The translations under genes were made by a program, and so were the position numbers. A DNA stretch of 61,827 bases from a virus (taxonomy: Duplodnaviria > Caudoviricetes), in IMG/VR virus record IMGVR_UViG_3300043411_000598, positions 1-61,827 of that record; one strand, written 5' to 3'. Below, in pieces: positions 18,095-28,419 of this stretch (the stretch's first letter is position 1; each line of letters begins with the position of its first letter). The notes under the pieces were generated by a model that saw nothing but the letters and a program-made list of their open reading frames with translations, did not search any database and was not told where the DNA came from.

Positions 18095-21000
18095 CAAGCT
18101 TCTCTCACCACTTCGTTGAAGCCCCACTCGATATGTTCAAAGACGCACTCGCGCACGGTTGCGCGCTGCTCTTCCTCTGACATGAGATTCCAGCCTTCGC
18201 GATCGACCTCGAAGTCGCCATCGCAGCGCGATCCCTGCTTGTCGGTTTGGATCCAGTAGCGAATGGTAATGTCACTCATTGCTCGCCTCGCACTGAACCT
18301 AAGCCGTCAACGTCTGTCGCAGGGGCCAGCGCGGCTTGAGTTTTGCGCGCCTCAAGTAGCAACGGTAGGCAGTGCGCTGAGACGGCGCGGCCCCATCTGG
18401 TGATTGTCAGCGTGCGACCGCCCAAGCCGTCCATGCCGGTCGGCTCGCCGTATTCGATCATGGTGGCGTCCACGAGTTCGAGCTTGGCGTCTCTGTCTTG
18501 CCAAGGATCGAGCGTCATATAGTTGTGCTCTGGATGGCCCCACGCGAAGTCCGGTTCGCATAGTTCGAACAGCATGTGACGCGCGTTGTTTGACAGGAGT
18601 TCGGCGGCGCGCTTTTCAAGCGCCACGGCGTCGACGTTGCATTTATCCAGGGCGCGGCTCAGCACGCTAAGCAGATCGTCGCTCATTCGGGAACCTCGGA
18701 TGCTTCCTGTTTCGGGTCGTTCGCGGTTTGAGTTTTGCGCGGTGCAAAGCTCAAGTCGGCAAACCATTGGTCGCGAGGATTGAATGCGTAATCGATCTTG
18801 TTGATGCGATAGCGTGCCGTTTCCTGACTGCCTGGGTGCGCAAGGATTAGGAAGTCACCGGGCTCCATCCATTCGCGCTTGAGTTCGTCGCCGCCCGCTG
18901 GCGCTGGCCCCCAGCCATTAGCGCGCATCTTCATGCCGCCGTCGATTGGCGTGAAACTGAGATCGTGGCCCCAATGCCGTTTCGTGTAATCGAAAGTGCG
19001 CGCGGCCTTGGTCTCAAGGCGACCTTCGCCGATCCATTTCATTACGAGCCCGAGCATCAATCATCCTTTCCGCGTTGAACCTTCTGGAGGTCGTTATCGG
19101 TTTGAGTTTTGCTCATGGACCGTCGCCTTGTAGGAATAGGTCGATCATCTGCTTGTCGCTCGGGCGATCCCATGTCGGAACGGCTAGCAATCCGCGCTTC
19201 ATCCCATCGGGACCGATTGCTTTTGCCAACAACATGCGCGCGCGGTGCGTCCGTTCGTCCGTGCCGAGAACGCACCACAAAAGGCCGTAGGCGAGTTCGA
19301 TGTCAGCGATGATCTTAGGCGCACCGCAAGTGCAACCCTCGTCGCCGCGCCCAATCTCTCGTGTGGGGCAATCGGTTAGGTGGTGAACGTATTCTGCGAG
19401 CGGTTGCGTGTTCATTCGGGAACCTCGGATGGTGCTTGCATGAGTTTTCTCCTCGTGCCGGTCGCGGCAGTTTGGATTTGTGCAAACGCGCACCACGCGC
19501 CCCTTAAAATCAATCGCGCAGTCAGAGCACGCGTACACGGTGTCGGTGTCGCAGATTTCACAAGGGCCGGTGCGCTCAAGATACGGACACCGTGCCGAGC
19601 CGAAGTGCAGCCCGCCGCAATCCTTGCAGGGCTCTGGCGGGCGGTATGTTGCAACTTTTTTCATGTTTCGGACTGGCCCTTTGCAAGGTCCGCTTCGGCT
19701 CGCTTACCGTGGTCAGCGAGCGCCGCAGGCTCAAGCTCACCAACGAGCGCGCGGAGCCGGTCGGCATCGTTCACGCTACCGAAGCGGGCATAGCCATCGT
19801 CGCCAATCTCGACCGCATCGTTGATCCCGGCGAGAATGTCATAGATGCGCGTGAGTTCGGCGCGCGCACGGTCGCGCTCAATGACAAGCTCGCCACGACG
19901 CTTGTGCAGAAACTCGTTATCGCGAGCCAGGATCACTTCCTTCTGCGATTTCATGGCTTCGTAGCTGTCCGTCATTTCTTCTCCTCTGCCGTTAGCGGTG
20001 CGGTGGGGGCGAGAGCGGCGAACAGCATTTGAATTGGGTCAGTCTCGCCGTTGTATTCTGCGATGCATTCCTCGAAGGCCTGCTTGTCTTTCAGCATTGG
20101 GCTGGAACCCCACTCGAACGCGGTCGCGGAGTCCTCACCTTGGCGAACCCCAGCGTTGAACGCTTCGCGCAGAGCGAGAATGACAAGCTCGCGATCAATC
20201 ACCGGACTGTTCCTGTGCTGGGTCGTGCTCGGTTTGGGTTTTCTCGTACCGATCATCCGGATATTGAGGCTCGCCCTTCCATCCGGTGCCGCCGCACGTC
20301 TTGTTCGGGCAATCGTGGTGGTAGCGCTCCGTCTTGTCCGCGCTCCACGTGAATACCGTGCCGGTGCCCTTGCACTTCTTGCAGCCCTTCGGGTTGTTCG
20401 GGCACGGCTGATAGATCACGTCCGGCTGCCAGCCTTCGGCGTATTCGTCGTCATCCATCCACACGCCGTTGTGGCATCCGCTCTCACTGAGGTACGTGCC
20501 GGGGCGCCCGCCCAGAGCAGAACCGTGCAAAGTCGGTTTTCCGCAAACGCCACACGTCATGCGCTTTCTCCTGTATCGGTGCTCAAGCCGGATTGGTCCT
20601 GCGGCGAGTTCAGTCCTAGCGCCGCTATCGCCTTTTCAGACGCCGGCGAGCGTCCATAATTGCGCCAGTTCGGAACGTGCATCAGAAGCTTTGCGGACTC
20701 CTGCGCCTGCGCCGTTGCCTGCTTACGGTTACCTCGAACGCCGCTAGGCGCGTTGCCATAGGTCTCGTCATCGAGACGCCATTTGTGGCCGTTCGCGCTT
20801 TCCCACTGCGCTTTGCTCGCGCGCATGAACTCAGCGTCGTCTTCGTTGCCACGAAACAAAAACGAGCCGTACCCGCCAGTGATCTGGATCACCCAAAGGT
20901 CGTCGTCGCCGGGCAGAACTACGTCCTCACCCATTCTCCGTCTCTCCCGTATTAGCGAGGAGGAGAGCGGCTTTGGTGACATCGAGCAGCGTGTCGGCGT

Positions 21001-21300
21001 CAGCCAAATCGAACACAGGCGACAACTCTTTGCCCGTGCTATCCATGTGCTCGCGGATTACGCGAAGCGCGCCATTCACGCGGCGCAGCGCTTCGTACAG
21101 AGCAGGAGCGGCGGCTATCAGGCGCGCGTTGGCGGCGGCGGTCGCCTCGTTGGGGCGGTTTTCTTGTCGGTGCGCGACTGCAACGCGGTAGTTCGGACCC
21201 TGCACAATGCAGGGAACGTCGTGAGCGTTCGGCTGCACACTCCACGGCCCCGGCGTCCATTTTTCTTTTCCACTCTCTTCCACGTTACTTCCTTCTTGGG
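18094..21300 (-). other. Cluster of about 10 small hypothetical early genes
   Basis: Coupled ORFs, including a CxxCxGxG Zn-finger protein (20195-20560) and a WTPGPW...NARLIAAAP-family protein ending at 20927. Confidence 0.6.
18683..18702 (-). repeat. 20-bp gene-boundary repeat CATCCGAGGTTCCCGAATGA (second copy 19412-19431)
   Basis: Identical copies containing an RBS and ATGA start/stop overlap. Confidence 0.85.
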
Positions 21301-21315
21301 TTGTTGGGGTGGGGT

Positions 21316-21726
21316 TCAAACGAGCCAAGCGAGCGCAACGCCGTTCAGGATGACGTGCAGAATGTTGTCCGCTATGATGAGGAGCCAGACGCTCAGCCAC
21401 GACGGAACGTCATCCAGATAGCCGGTCGCGGTTGGCTTCAGGTGCAGGTTGAGGTGTGGGACCACAGAGTCACGGCGCCACAGGTAACCGTTCTTCGCCC
21501 ACACGACCCAGCGCGCGAGCCGGAAGCGATCAATCAAAAAGTGCGTGCCGCAGATGAACGCCAGCGCCAGCGGCGCTTGTGTCAGAAACAGAAACGGCAG
21601 CGTGTACGTCACGGCGTGGATACCCGCCGCAAGCGAGCGCTTCGTCTTCTCGGTCGCCATCCAATGCGATTGCAGGATGTAATCACCGACTGCGTGCGCG
21701 AGCACCTGATCTGCGGTTATGAACAA
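21316..21726 (-). CDS. DUF3307-like membrane protein
   Basis: HAVGDYILQS, H..TY, THFLID and DNILH motifs. Confidence 0.8.
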   Translation of the reverse strand: MFITADQVLAHAVGDYILQSHWMATEKTKRSLAAGIHAVTYTLPFLFLTQAPLALAFICGTHFLIDRFRLARWVVWAKNGYLWRRDSVVPHLNLHLKPTATGYLDDVPSWLSVWLLIIADNILHVILNGVALAWLV

Positions 21727-22029
21727 GCTGTTTCCTTCCTGTCTAAGTTCTCTAAGTGGAGCGGGCGGCTACTGGCCTGCGCCTGGATCACGTAGCATCC
21801 GGCTTGGGTTCTTCATCGGGCCACGCTAGCTTTTGAGCCGCTTCCTTGATCGCCCAAGCTACAGCGTCAGCCTCATCAATCGACTTGTAGCAACCTGGGC
21901 CGAAGGGAACGCGAACGTAGGCGCCGCCAAGGCGAGGGGCGTACTGACGTTCGCCATCCCAATGGACAGGCCATGAGGTTGGGCGGCCACGCGCAAGGCG
22001 TTCGTTCAGTGACTTTGGCTTTTCGTAAG

Positions 22030-22239
22030 TCACTTGCGCTTCCTATACAAAACCACGCGCTCATAGCCGAGCGCAGAGAGAACGGCCGGGCTTAAGTCTC
22101 TACGCTTTGAAAGCGTTTCACTAAGCAGAGCAGGGGAGACATCGTTGGCTTCTGCCCACGCGACTTGCGAACCGGCTGCATCACAGGCTTTCCGCAAGTC
22201 ATTAAGAACACGTTCAGCAGGGAGCATGTCGCCGCTCAT
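22030..22239 (-). CDS. Small HTH protein
   Basis: GSQVAWAEANDVSPALLSETL, XRE-like HTH. Confidence 0.65.
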   Translation of the reverse strand: MSGDMLPAERVLNDLRKACDAAGSQVAWAEANDVSPALLSETLSKRRDLSPAVLSALGYERVVLYRKRK

Positions 22240-22508
22240 TCCTCATCTATACACGTATTCGCGAATGGCGCAAGCGGTTTGTTTGAGGGTAGGCCGTTTA
22301 TGAGATTTGAGATAATGTCCCATCGCCCATGCCGCACTGTCGGGTGAAATCCTCGCTCTACAATCCGAAGCGTGACGGGCTGGCCGCGTGCCGCCCAATA
22401 TGCCTCGATCTTGGCTTTCAGTTCGTCCGCACCGCGCCGTGTCGTATAATCCGTTTCGCTTACGTAAGTGCGCCGCGAATCAGTTACGCCAAAATCAACC
22501 AGAGCCAT
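22236..22508 (-). CDS. Small protein resembling an alphaproteobacterial conserved hypothetical
   Basis: GADELKAKIEAYWAARG...GFHP...SNLINGLP; RBS AAGGAG. Family resemblance is from recollection. Confidence 0.6.
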   Translation of the reverse strand: MALVDFGVTDSRRTYVSETDYTTRRGADELKAKIEAYWAARGQPVTLRIVERGFHPTVRHGRWDIISNLINGLPSNKPLAPFANTCIDEE

Positions 22509-22589
22509 TACCTACTCCTTACCGCTTGAAAGAATTGCGCGCCGGCCATAGCCCATTGAGCCGGCGCGCGCCTGACAGCAGCCCCGCTA

Positions 22590-23099
22590 TCAGGTGTTCT
22601 GTCGCCTGCCCTTACTGTTGCTCAAAGCGCGAGCTAAAGGCCAGCCATCCGCCAGTCGCCTGCTAAGTGTACCGGGTGCAATTCCAACGCGTTCGGCCCA
22701 CTCTTTGCGCGATAAAGTCACGCCCATATGCGTTAGTGGTTTCGCCGTTACGTTCTCTAGTCCGAATTTTCCTTTGCTCGGGTGAACTCGTCCCAGCACG
22801 CGGAAAGCATGAAGTGTGTTTTCTGCGTTACTGCACCACTCTAGATTTTGCACGCTATTGTCTTTTTTGTCGCCATTCCGATGGTTGACTTGCGGATGGG
22901 CCTGCGGATTGGAAATGAAAGCTTCAGCTACGAGACGATGAACACGAAAACACCGCTCACGCAGAAGGACACGCATGTATCCTTTGAAATTAGCTTGCTG
23001 TTTAAGAATATTGCCGCGCGGGGATCGCACGCGCCCAAGGTTAGAAACCTCATACCCGCTCGCCGCGATAATCGGACGCCATTCCTCTTGCTCATCCAT
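22590..23099 (-). CDS. NUMOD4-HNH homing endonuclease
   Basis: EEWRPI..YEVSNLGRVRS, VHRLVAEAF, VNHRNGDKKDN..NLEW. Confidence 0.92.
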   Translation of the reverse strand: MDEQEEWRPIIAASGYEVSNLGRVRSPRGNILKQQANFKGYMRVLLRERCFRVHRLVAEAFISNPQAHPQVNHRNGDKKDNSVQNLEWCSNAENTLHAFRVLGRVHPSKGKFGLENVTAKPLTHMGVTLSRKEWAERVGIAPGTLSRRLADGWPLARALSNSKGRRQNT

Positions 23100-23538
23100 T
23101 GCCGTAGCCCTTCATCACTTCTTCCCATTCGCGCTCAACGTCCTTGCGGTCGATGCCAGGAAGGATGCGCGTTTCAGCGAGTTCAAAGAAGCGCTTCATA
23201 AGTTGCTCGAAATCCTCTTCCTTCATCTTGTGCCAGGCGATGCTCTCAGCCTCGACCATGACTTTTCCAGAAGGGAGGACCGTCTCTTCCGCGAAGCCGA
23301 GTGCAATCGTTACGGCCTTGCGAAACTTAAGCATGGTTGGATAGTACGATTGGTGCGGGTAAAGCACCGTGAGCAAGGCGAAGAACTTGTTGAAGTACGT
23401 GATGCTGCGCGGCTTCTGACTTGTCAGGACCGCCTTGAACACAACGTTAGAAGGCAAGTCCGCAATCTGCTCCTCGCCCATAGCGTTGATCGCACGGAGA
23501 GCGCCAAGGTGGCGCCGGAGCATAATCTCAATCGCCAC
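23092..23538 (-). CDS. DUF1367/NinB-like recombination accessory protein
   Basis: PRSITYFNKFFALL...SIAWHKMKEEDF; next to exonuclease and ERF. Confidence 0.7.
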   Translation of the reverse strand: MAIEIMLRRHLGALRAINAMGEEQIADLPSNVVFKAVLTSQKPRSITYFNKFFALLTVLYPHQSYYPTMLKFRKAVTIALGFAEETVLPSGKVMVEAESIAWHKMKEEDFEQLMKRFFELAETRILPGIDRKDVEREWEEVMKGYGNG

Positions 23539-24156
23539 CTACCGCTCCAAGCGCTGCAGTTGGCGAATTGTATCCTCCACTTCGGCTAAGAACTTTTCGA
23601 CTTCTGCCTCCATCGCTTTGATAGCGGTCTCGTCGCGATGAACGCGCTTGGTGAACATGCGAAGGTTCTCAGGCAAGCGAGGTTCGTAACTGACCAGATC
23701 AACCCACTGGCGCCCAGTGCATGCCATCTGCCAGCACATTTGCTTTTGGTAGTCAGGCTCGATTTCGCCCGTGAGCAACGTCTCTATGTGCGTATGAATT
23801 GCAGGGGCTTTAATCTCTACGAGACCATCCGCACCTACGAGCCGATCAGGTGAAGCGCCGGCCATCTCAATTGTTGGGTGAGGGACGAACGCAATAGTCT
23901 CAAGCGTCACGTCATTCATGAAGGCGTAGAACTGGCGCGCGTTGTCCTCGTTAGCGTTGCCCCACTCCATATCGGCCGATTTGAAACCAACCGTAGGACA
24001 GCCCGTCAGACGTTCAGCCACAAGCTCGCCAAGGTAGCGCTGGCGTGATGCGCTGACACCGCCGCTCTTTACCTTGCGAACGATGTCAGCGACGCGGGAG
24101 GCCGTGACCTTGCCGCATCTGAGTTGATGCCACTCAGGTGTGCCTTGTTCGATCAC
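23539..24156 (-). CDS. YqaJ/lambda-type exonuclease
   Basis: QGTPEWHQLRCGKVTAS, ASPDRLV, VEIKAP, QMCWQM. Confidence 0.92.
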   Translation of the reverse strand: MIEQGTPEWHQLRCGKVTASRVADIVRKVKSGGVSASRQRYLGELVAERLTGCPTVGFKSADMEWGNANEDNARQFYAFMNDVTLETIAFVPHPTIEMAGASPDRLVGADGLVEIKAPAIHTHIETLLTGEIEPDYQKQMCWQMACTGRQWVDLVSYEPRLPENLRMFTKRVHRDETAIKAMEAEVEKFLAEVEDTIRQLQRLER

Positions 24157-24929
24157 TGGGCCGTTTCCTTGGTCTTCAGCTTCTTGGCTAGAAGCTTGGC
24201 GCGTTCGTCCAGCATGGCGTTGGCCGCTTTGAGTTGGCTCTTGCGCAGATCGGGGAGGGCATCAACCTTTAGCGTTTCGCACAGACGCGCTGTGTCGGCC
24301 TTGGTCTCGTCAATGCGAGCGCGAAGCGCGACTAGCTCATCCTCGCTGATTGGCTCATCGCCGCCAGCGGAGCGCCCATCATCGTCATCTAGTTCAGACG
24401 CCAATCCGAGCGCTGCAATGAGCGTATAGCGGCACAGATACGATAGCGTTGAGCCTATCGCCTGGATGCTGTTTTTGTTGCCGCTCTTGTCAGCCTCAGC
24501 GGAGAGTGTCGTTTCCTCGAAATGCCCGTCACGATGCGCGAGAATGCACGTCACCGTTACCGAGCCTTCTTGCTTCGTGCGAAAGCGATAGGAGAGGTTG
24601 TGCGCTGCGAGGATGGGATCCACCTCCTTAGCGTAGGCGGCCATGTCAGCGTATTTGCTGTTGTGGCCGTCACGGTTTTTCGTCACCGGTTTGATCTGCG
24701 CTTTAGCGTCAGCAATCGCCGCGTTGAAAGCCTTGCGTCCCTGGTTCGCCTCATAGCGCTCCTGCAAGCCCATGAGCTTGTCCAGAACGTCAATGCTCTG
24801 GCCGTTCTCTACGGCTCGGCTAAGCATCTCCATTGGGGTGAGGGCGGTTGTACGCGTCGGCACATTCGAGACTTGAACCTGTTTACCCTCAACCTCGATA
24901 ACGATCTCGTCTTCTTTTCCGTCTGCCAT
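24153..24929 (-). CDS. ERF-family single-strand annealing protein
   Basis: SKYAD, QAIGSTLSYLCRYTL, DDDG motifs. Confidence 0.9.
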   Translation of the reverse strand: MADGKEDEIVIEVEGKQVQVSNVPTRTTALTPMEMLSRAVENGQSIDVLDKLMGLQERYEANQGRKAFNAAIADAKAQIKPVTKNRDGHNSKYADMAAYAKEVDPILAAHNLSYRFRTKQEGSVTVTCILAHRDGHFEETTLSAEADKSGNKNSIQAIGSTLSYLCRYTLIAALGLASELDDDDGRSAGGDEPISEDELVALRARIDETKADTARLCETLKVDALPDLRKSQLKAANAMLDERAKLLAKKLKTKETAQ

Positions 24930-24931
24930 GT

Positions 24932-27230
24932 TCAGTCCTTCTCTGTCGCGTGAGCGACAATTTCCATCGCTTCGTCAAGCAGGTTGGTTGCGCGCATCGC
25001 CCAATTCGGGCCTTGGCCGGGTCTATCACCGTCGCCAACGTCCACAACATCGTAATGCGTTTTGAGGATGCGGATGGCGCAATAGATCATGTCTAGCGTT
25101 GTGGTCTGCTCAAGGTGCGTCATGCGTCTTCTCCGTCCCGGTCCTCGCTGACGCGCAGTTTGCTATAGGCGCGCAAAAGCTTAGATGCCGAGCGCGCGCA
25201 ATCGAAACACATATCAGTCGTGTAGTCTGCCTCATCACAAGTGACGACAGCCTCCTTCCATTCATTGCACCAATTGCACCAGGGCTTCGCCCAGCTTTTG
25301 CCTATGGCTTGTTCAATGTTAGATGGGGAGTAATCACCGTTGAGTTCGGCAATTTTTGCGCGTGTCTCTCCTGCAGAATGGCCTTGCGCAAAACGTCTAT
25401 CGTCCCGCCAATCCTTGTACTGACGGATCCATCGCGCCGGGGCGGATGCCGCTATCTCTAGGTCAGTGACAAGGCGCATGATTGCTCACCGTTTTCTCTC
25501 CACAACTCGGCCGCTGCCGAGCTTCTTGGTTTTCGTCTTATCGAAGCCACGATTGGCGATCTTTCGCTTGGGTTTTGTCTCGCCCGCCGCTTTCTTCCGC
25601 AACCGCTTGATGTGCGCTACGTCTCGAATGTCTCCGCCAACACGTCCAGGACCGCCGTAGGTCTTGATGTCGGCGTGATGCTTGCAAAGTCCACAGTCTG
25701 GATAGTCGTCATTTCCGATTGCAACCATGGTCCAATGCTCGAATACAGCGATAGGCTCTGAGCAATCAGTGATGAAGCAAGCATGGTTCTGCCGCTCTCT
25801 GATCTCGCGCTTAACGCGCTCAGTCGGATCACGGCGCTTAGCCTTCACTGCGTAGCTCTTGCCTGTGCTGCTGCAAACGTACCTGCAGCAAGCATAAGGA
25901 TACCGATGGCTACGGGTTCAGGCCAAGTTTGAGGCGTTCCTAGAACACGAATGCCGCAGACTGCGATGCCAGCCATGCAGAGCCAAGCGGCAGTAAACCA
26001 TGCGATGCGGACAAAGCTCATTGCGGCTTCACCTTCGCAAGCAGCGCGTTCAAGTGAACGCTAACAAGAGGGGGGAGCGTGCCGCCGTTTGGCACTGGGG
26101 TAGGCGGCGACACGCTCCGCTGCTCGCGCTGACGGGGGACGTTCACGCTTGCAGATTTCATTGTTCTTCCTCCACATCGGCTGCGATGTGCATGATATGC
26201 TCGGACAGGCTTTCGATGTTTTGCGCGATCACAAGCATAGTTGGCTTACTCAAAGCGTAGCCATACTTGCGAGAGCGGAGAGCCAAAGTGTCGAGCGCTT
26301 CGGAAAGCTGGATCATGTCGCCACGATCAGGGTGTTTGCTTCCCTTGCCAAGCGCTACGTCGAACGCGTCGCCTAAGCCGCCGGCAAGTAGGCCAAGCGC
26401 CATGCTGGAGCGGCGCGGCAACGTGCAGACGTTGCTCTCTTCGCGCTTGGCTCCTGGCAGATAGTGAACGTTATCCATGTCGTCTCTCGGTGTGTGGGGA
26501 ACGTGGGTCATTAGATATGAAAATCCACATGCCGGTTTTTGTCTTGACCGGACAGTTTCAACGCCGCCAATTCAGCGTCGCGCTTAGCCCGGCGAATTTG
26601 AGCGCCTTCCGTAAACACAACGTGTGCAAGGTAGAACCAAGCGCAAAGAATGACGGAGGAAAGCGCGATGATCGCCACAAACTCGTAATTCATGGGTGCT
26701 GCCCCAATGAGCTTGCGACGAATCGAGCCCGACGCTTCCATGACCGCGAAAGCTCGCGCGCCTTCACCAAGCGTTCAGCCTTTAGCTCTAGGCGCTTTAT
26801 GGTCCGGTCGATCATAGCAAGGCGTTGACCGCACTCTTTATCCGTTATTTCTCCGCGTAAATTAGCGGAGAGGTAGCGAATGCGCGCGCGCTCAAGCTCG
26901 GTGATAGGCTCACTCATCTTCGCCATCCGCAATGCGCTTGGCTTCGGTAAGGGCGGCTTCGTCCAGCATCGCGGAGAAAAGCCCATTGGCTTCATCCGCC
27001 GCGCCCTCAATAACTTCATCAGCCGAATCGCAAGAGCCGCGCGGCGGCCAGCCCTTGATATCCAGCATCCCGATAGCGTGAAGCTCTTTAGCTGCGGTGC
27101 GGTTTGCTTCGCGCAGCATGTGGAGAATTTCGTCAGCGCGATCTACGCGAGCTTGTTGCTCCCAGCGTTCGGCTTCTGACGGGGTGTCGCCTTCGTACTG
27201 GAAGCGATCATCGCTCGTATCCGTAATCAT
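24932..27230 (-). other. First genes of the leftward early operon (small hypotheticals)
   Basis: ORFs 24932-25123, 25120-25479, 26158-26511, 26511-, 26690- and 26910-27230; none has an HTH or S24 repressor signature. Confidence 0.6.
25486..25848 (-). CDS. Small HNH-like/Zn-binding protein
   Basis: CxxxxC...EH...LCKHHADIKT pattern with basic tail. Confidence 0.55.
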   Translation of the reverse strand: MKAKRRDPTERVKREIRERQNHACFITDCSEPIAVFEHWTMVAIGNDDYPDCGLCKHHADIKTYGGPGRVGGDIRDVAHIKRLRKKAAGETKPKRKIANRGFDKTKTKKLGSGRVVERKR

Positions 27231-27251
27231 TGCTTCAAATCCCCCGACTCG

Positions 27252-27267
27252 TAAACGCGGCGTTAAC
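27252..27267. promoter_or_regulatory. CtrA-like box TAAA-N7-TTAAC
   Basis: One mismatch to TTAA-N7-TTAA, in the divergent control region. Similar boxes at 28706-28720 and 35004-35019. Confidence 0.5.
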
Positions 27268-27286
27268 CGCCTCTGTGATTTGGTGA

Positions 27287-27340
27287 CGTTCGCACAACGC
27301 GAATAGCATTGCAACAACTTTCGTTCGTTGACTGCGAATA
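27287..27340. promoter_or_regulatory. Two operators CGTTCGY-N5-GCGAATA overlapping divergent promoters
   Basis: TTCGC-ACAAC-GCGAA (27289-27303) and TTCGT-TGACT-GCGAA (27324-27338); the second covers a TTGACT -35. Confidence 0.75.
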
Positions 27341-27362
27341 TTTTTTGAGGCATCAACGCTGC

Positions 27363-27563
27363 ATGACGCTTCGCAAGTATCAGGAAGATGAAGGACTAAC
27401 GACCGCGCAGCTTGCAAAAAAGCTAAAGCTTTCCGTTGGTCAAACGTCCGATCTACTCAATCGCCAGCGCGGCTGCTCGCTCAAAGTTGCCGTGCGAATC
27501 GAGAGGATTACAGGCGGGCTTGTGAGTTGTCGTGATTTGTTGCCGTTGGAGTTAGCGAAGTGA
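27363..27563 (+). CDS. Cro-like HTH regulator
   Basis: MTLRKY..TTAQLAKKL..VRIERITGGLVS; first rightward gene. Start refined to ATG 27363. Confidence 0.85.
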   Translation: MTLRKYQEDEGLTTAQLAKKLKLSVGQTSDLLNRQRGCSLKVAVRIERITGGLVSCRDLLPLELAK

Positions 27564-28105
27564 TTGATTTTGTCCCGTTTCCGAAGATCAAACGCCTCAC
27601 GCGTGAGATGATCGTCACAGAAAAACTGGACGGCACAAACGCACAAATCACCATCACTGAGGACGGCGGCTTCTATATCGGCTCGCGCACGCGCTGGATC
27701 ACGCCTGAGGACGACAATTACGGCTTCGCGCGATGGGCGACGGAGCACAAAGACGAGCTTCTGACGCTCGGCCCCGGTTCGCACTTTGGCGAATGGTGGG
27801 GCCAAGGCATCCAGCGTAAATACACCATCGGTGAAAAGCGCTGGTCGCTGTTCAACACTACGCGCTGGAACGATCCTGACAAGCCGCCGATCCCAGCATG
27901 CTGCCATGTCGTGCCGATCCTTTATCGCGGTGAGTTCGATACTGCCGTGGTCGCGTCGTGCCTCGAAAAGCTGCGTGTCGAAGGTAGCGCCGCGTCCCCC
28001 GGCTTCATGAACCCTGAGGGCGTCGTGGTCTTTCACATGGCGTCTGGCTCGCTGTTCAAAAAGACGATCCTCAAAGACGAGGAGCCGAAGGGCTTTCAAC
28101 AATGA
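27560..28105 (+). CDS. Short ATP-dependent RNA ligase (Rnl2-like nucleotidyltransferase)
   Basis: TEKLDGTN (motif I), GSR, FGEW, EGVV, FKK. Confidence 0.85.
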   Translation: MIDFVPFPKIKRLTREMIVTEKLDGTNAQITITEDGGFYIGSRTRWITPEDDNYGFARWATEHKDELLTLGPGSHFGEWWGQGIQRKYTIGEKRWSLFNTTRWNDPDKPPIPACCHVVPILYRGEFDTAVVASCLEKLRVEGSAASPGFMNPEGVVVFHMASGSLFKKTILKDEEPKGFQQ

Positions 28106-28419
28106 TTGCGCGCCCGCACCAAATCAGTTCAGCCTCGGAATGGCTCTCAGCTCTAATAGGCTGGGCTAGTTTCTTGGCGTGGATGATTCGGGGCGGACTG
28201 AAACAGGACTAGGCCGGAAGGATTACGCATGATCGAGATAAACTGGCTACATGTTCTGCTTGCCGCCCTTGCCGGCGGAGGCTGGTGTTTAGCTTGGGGC
28301 TACCGGACGGCGCTTGGGATTGCGCGCGGCATGCCCGCTTCACCGCCGCGCCCGCCTCGTGAGGATAACGTAAAGCGCTGGCCTAACTTCGGTGAGAGCG
28401 ATCAGCAGCGAGAGCGTGC

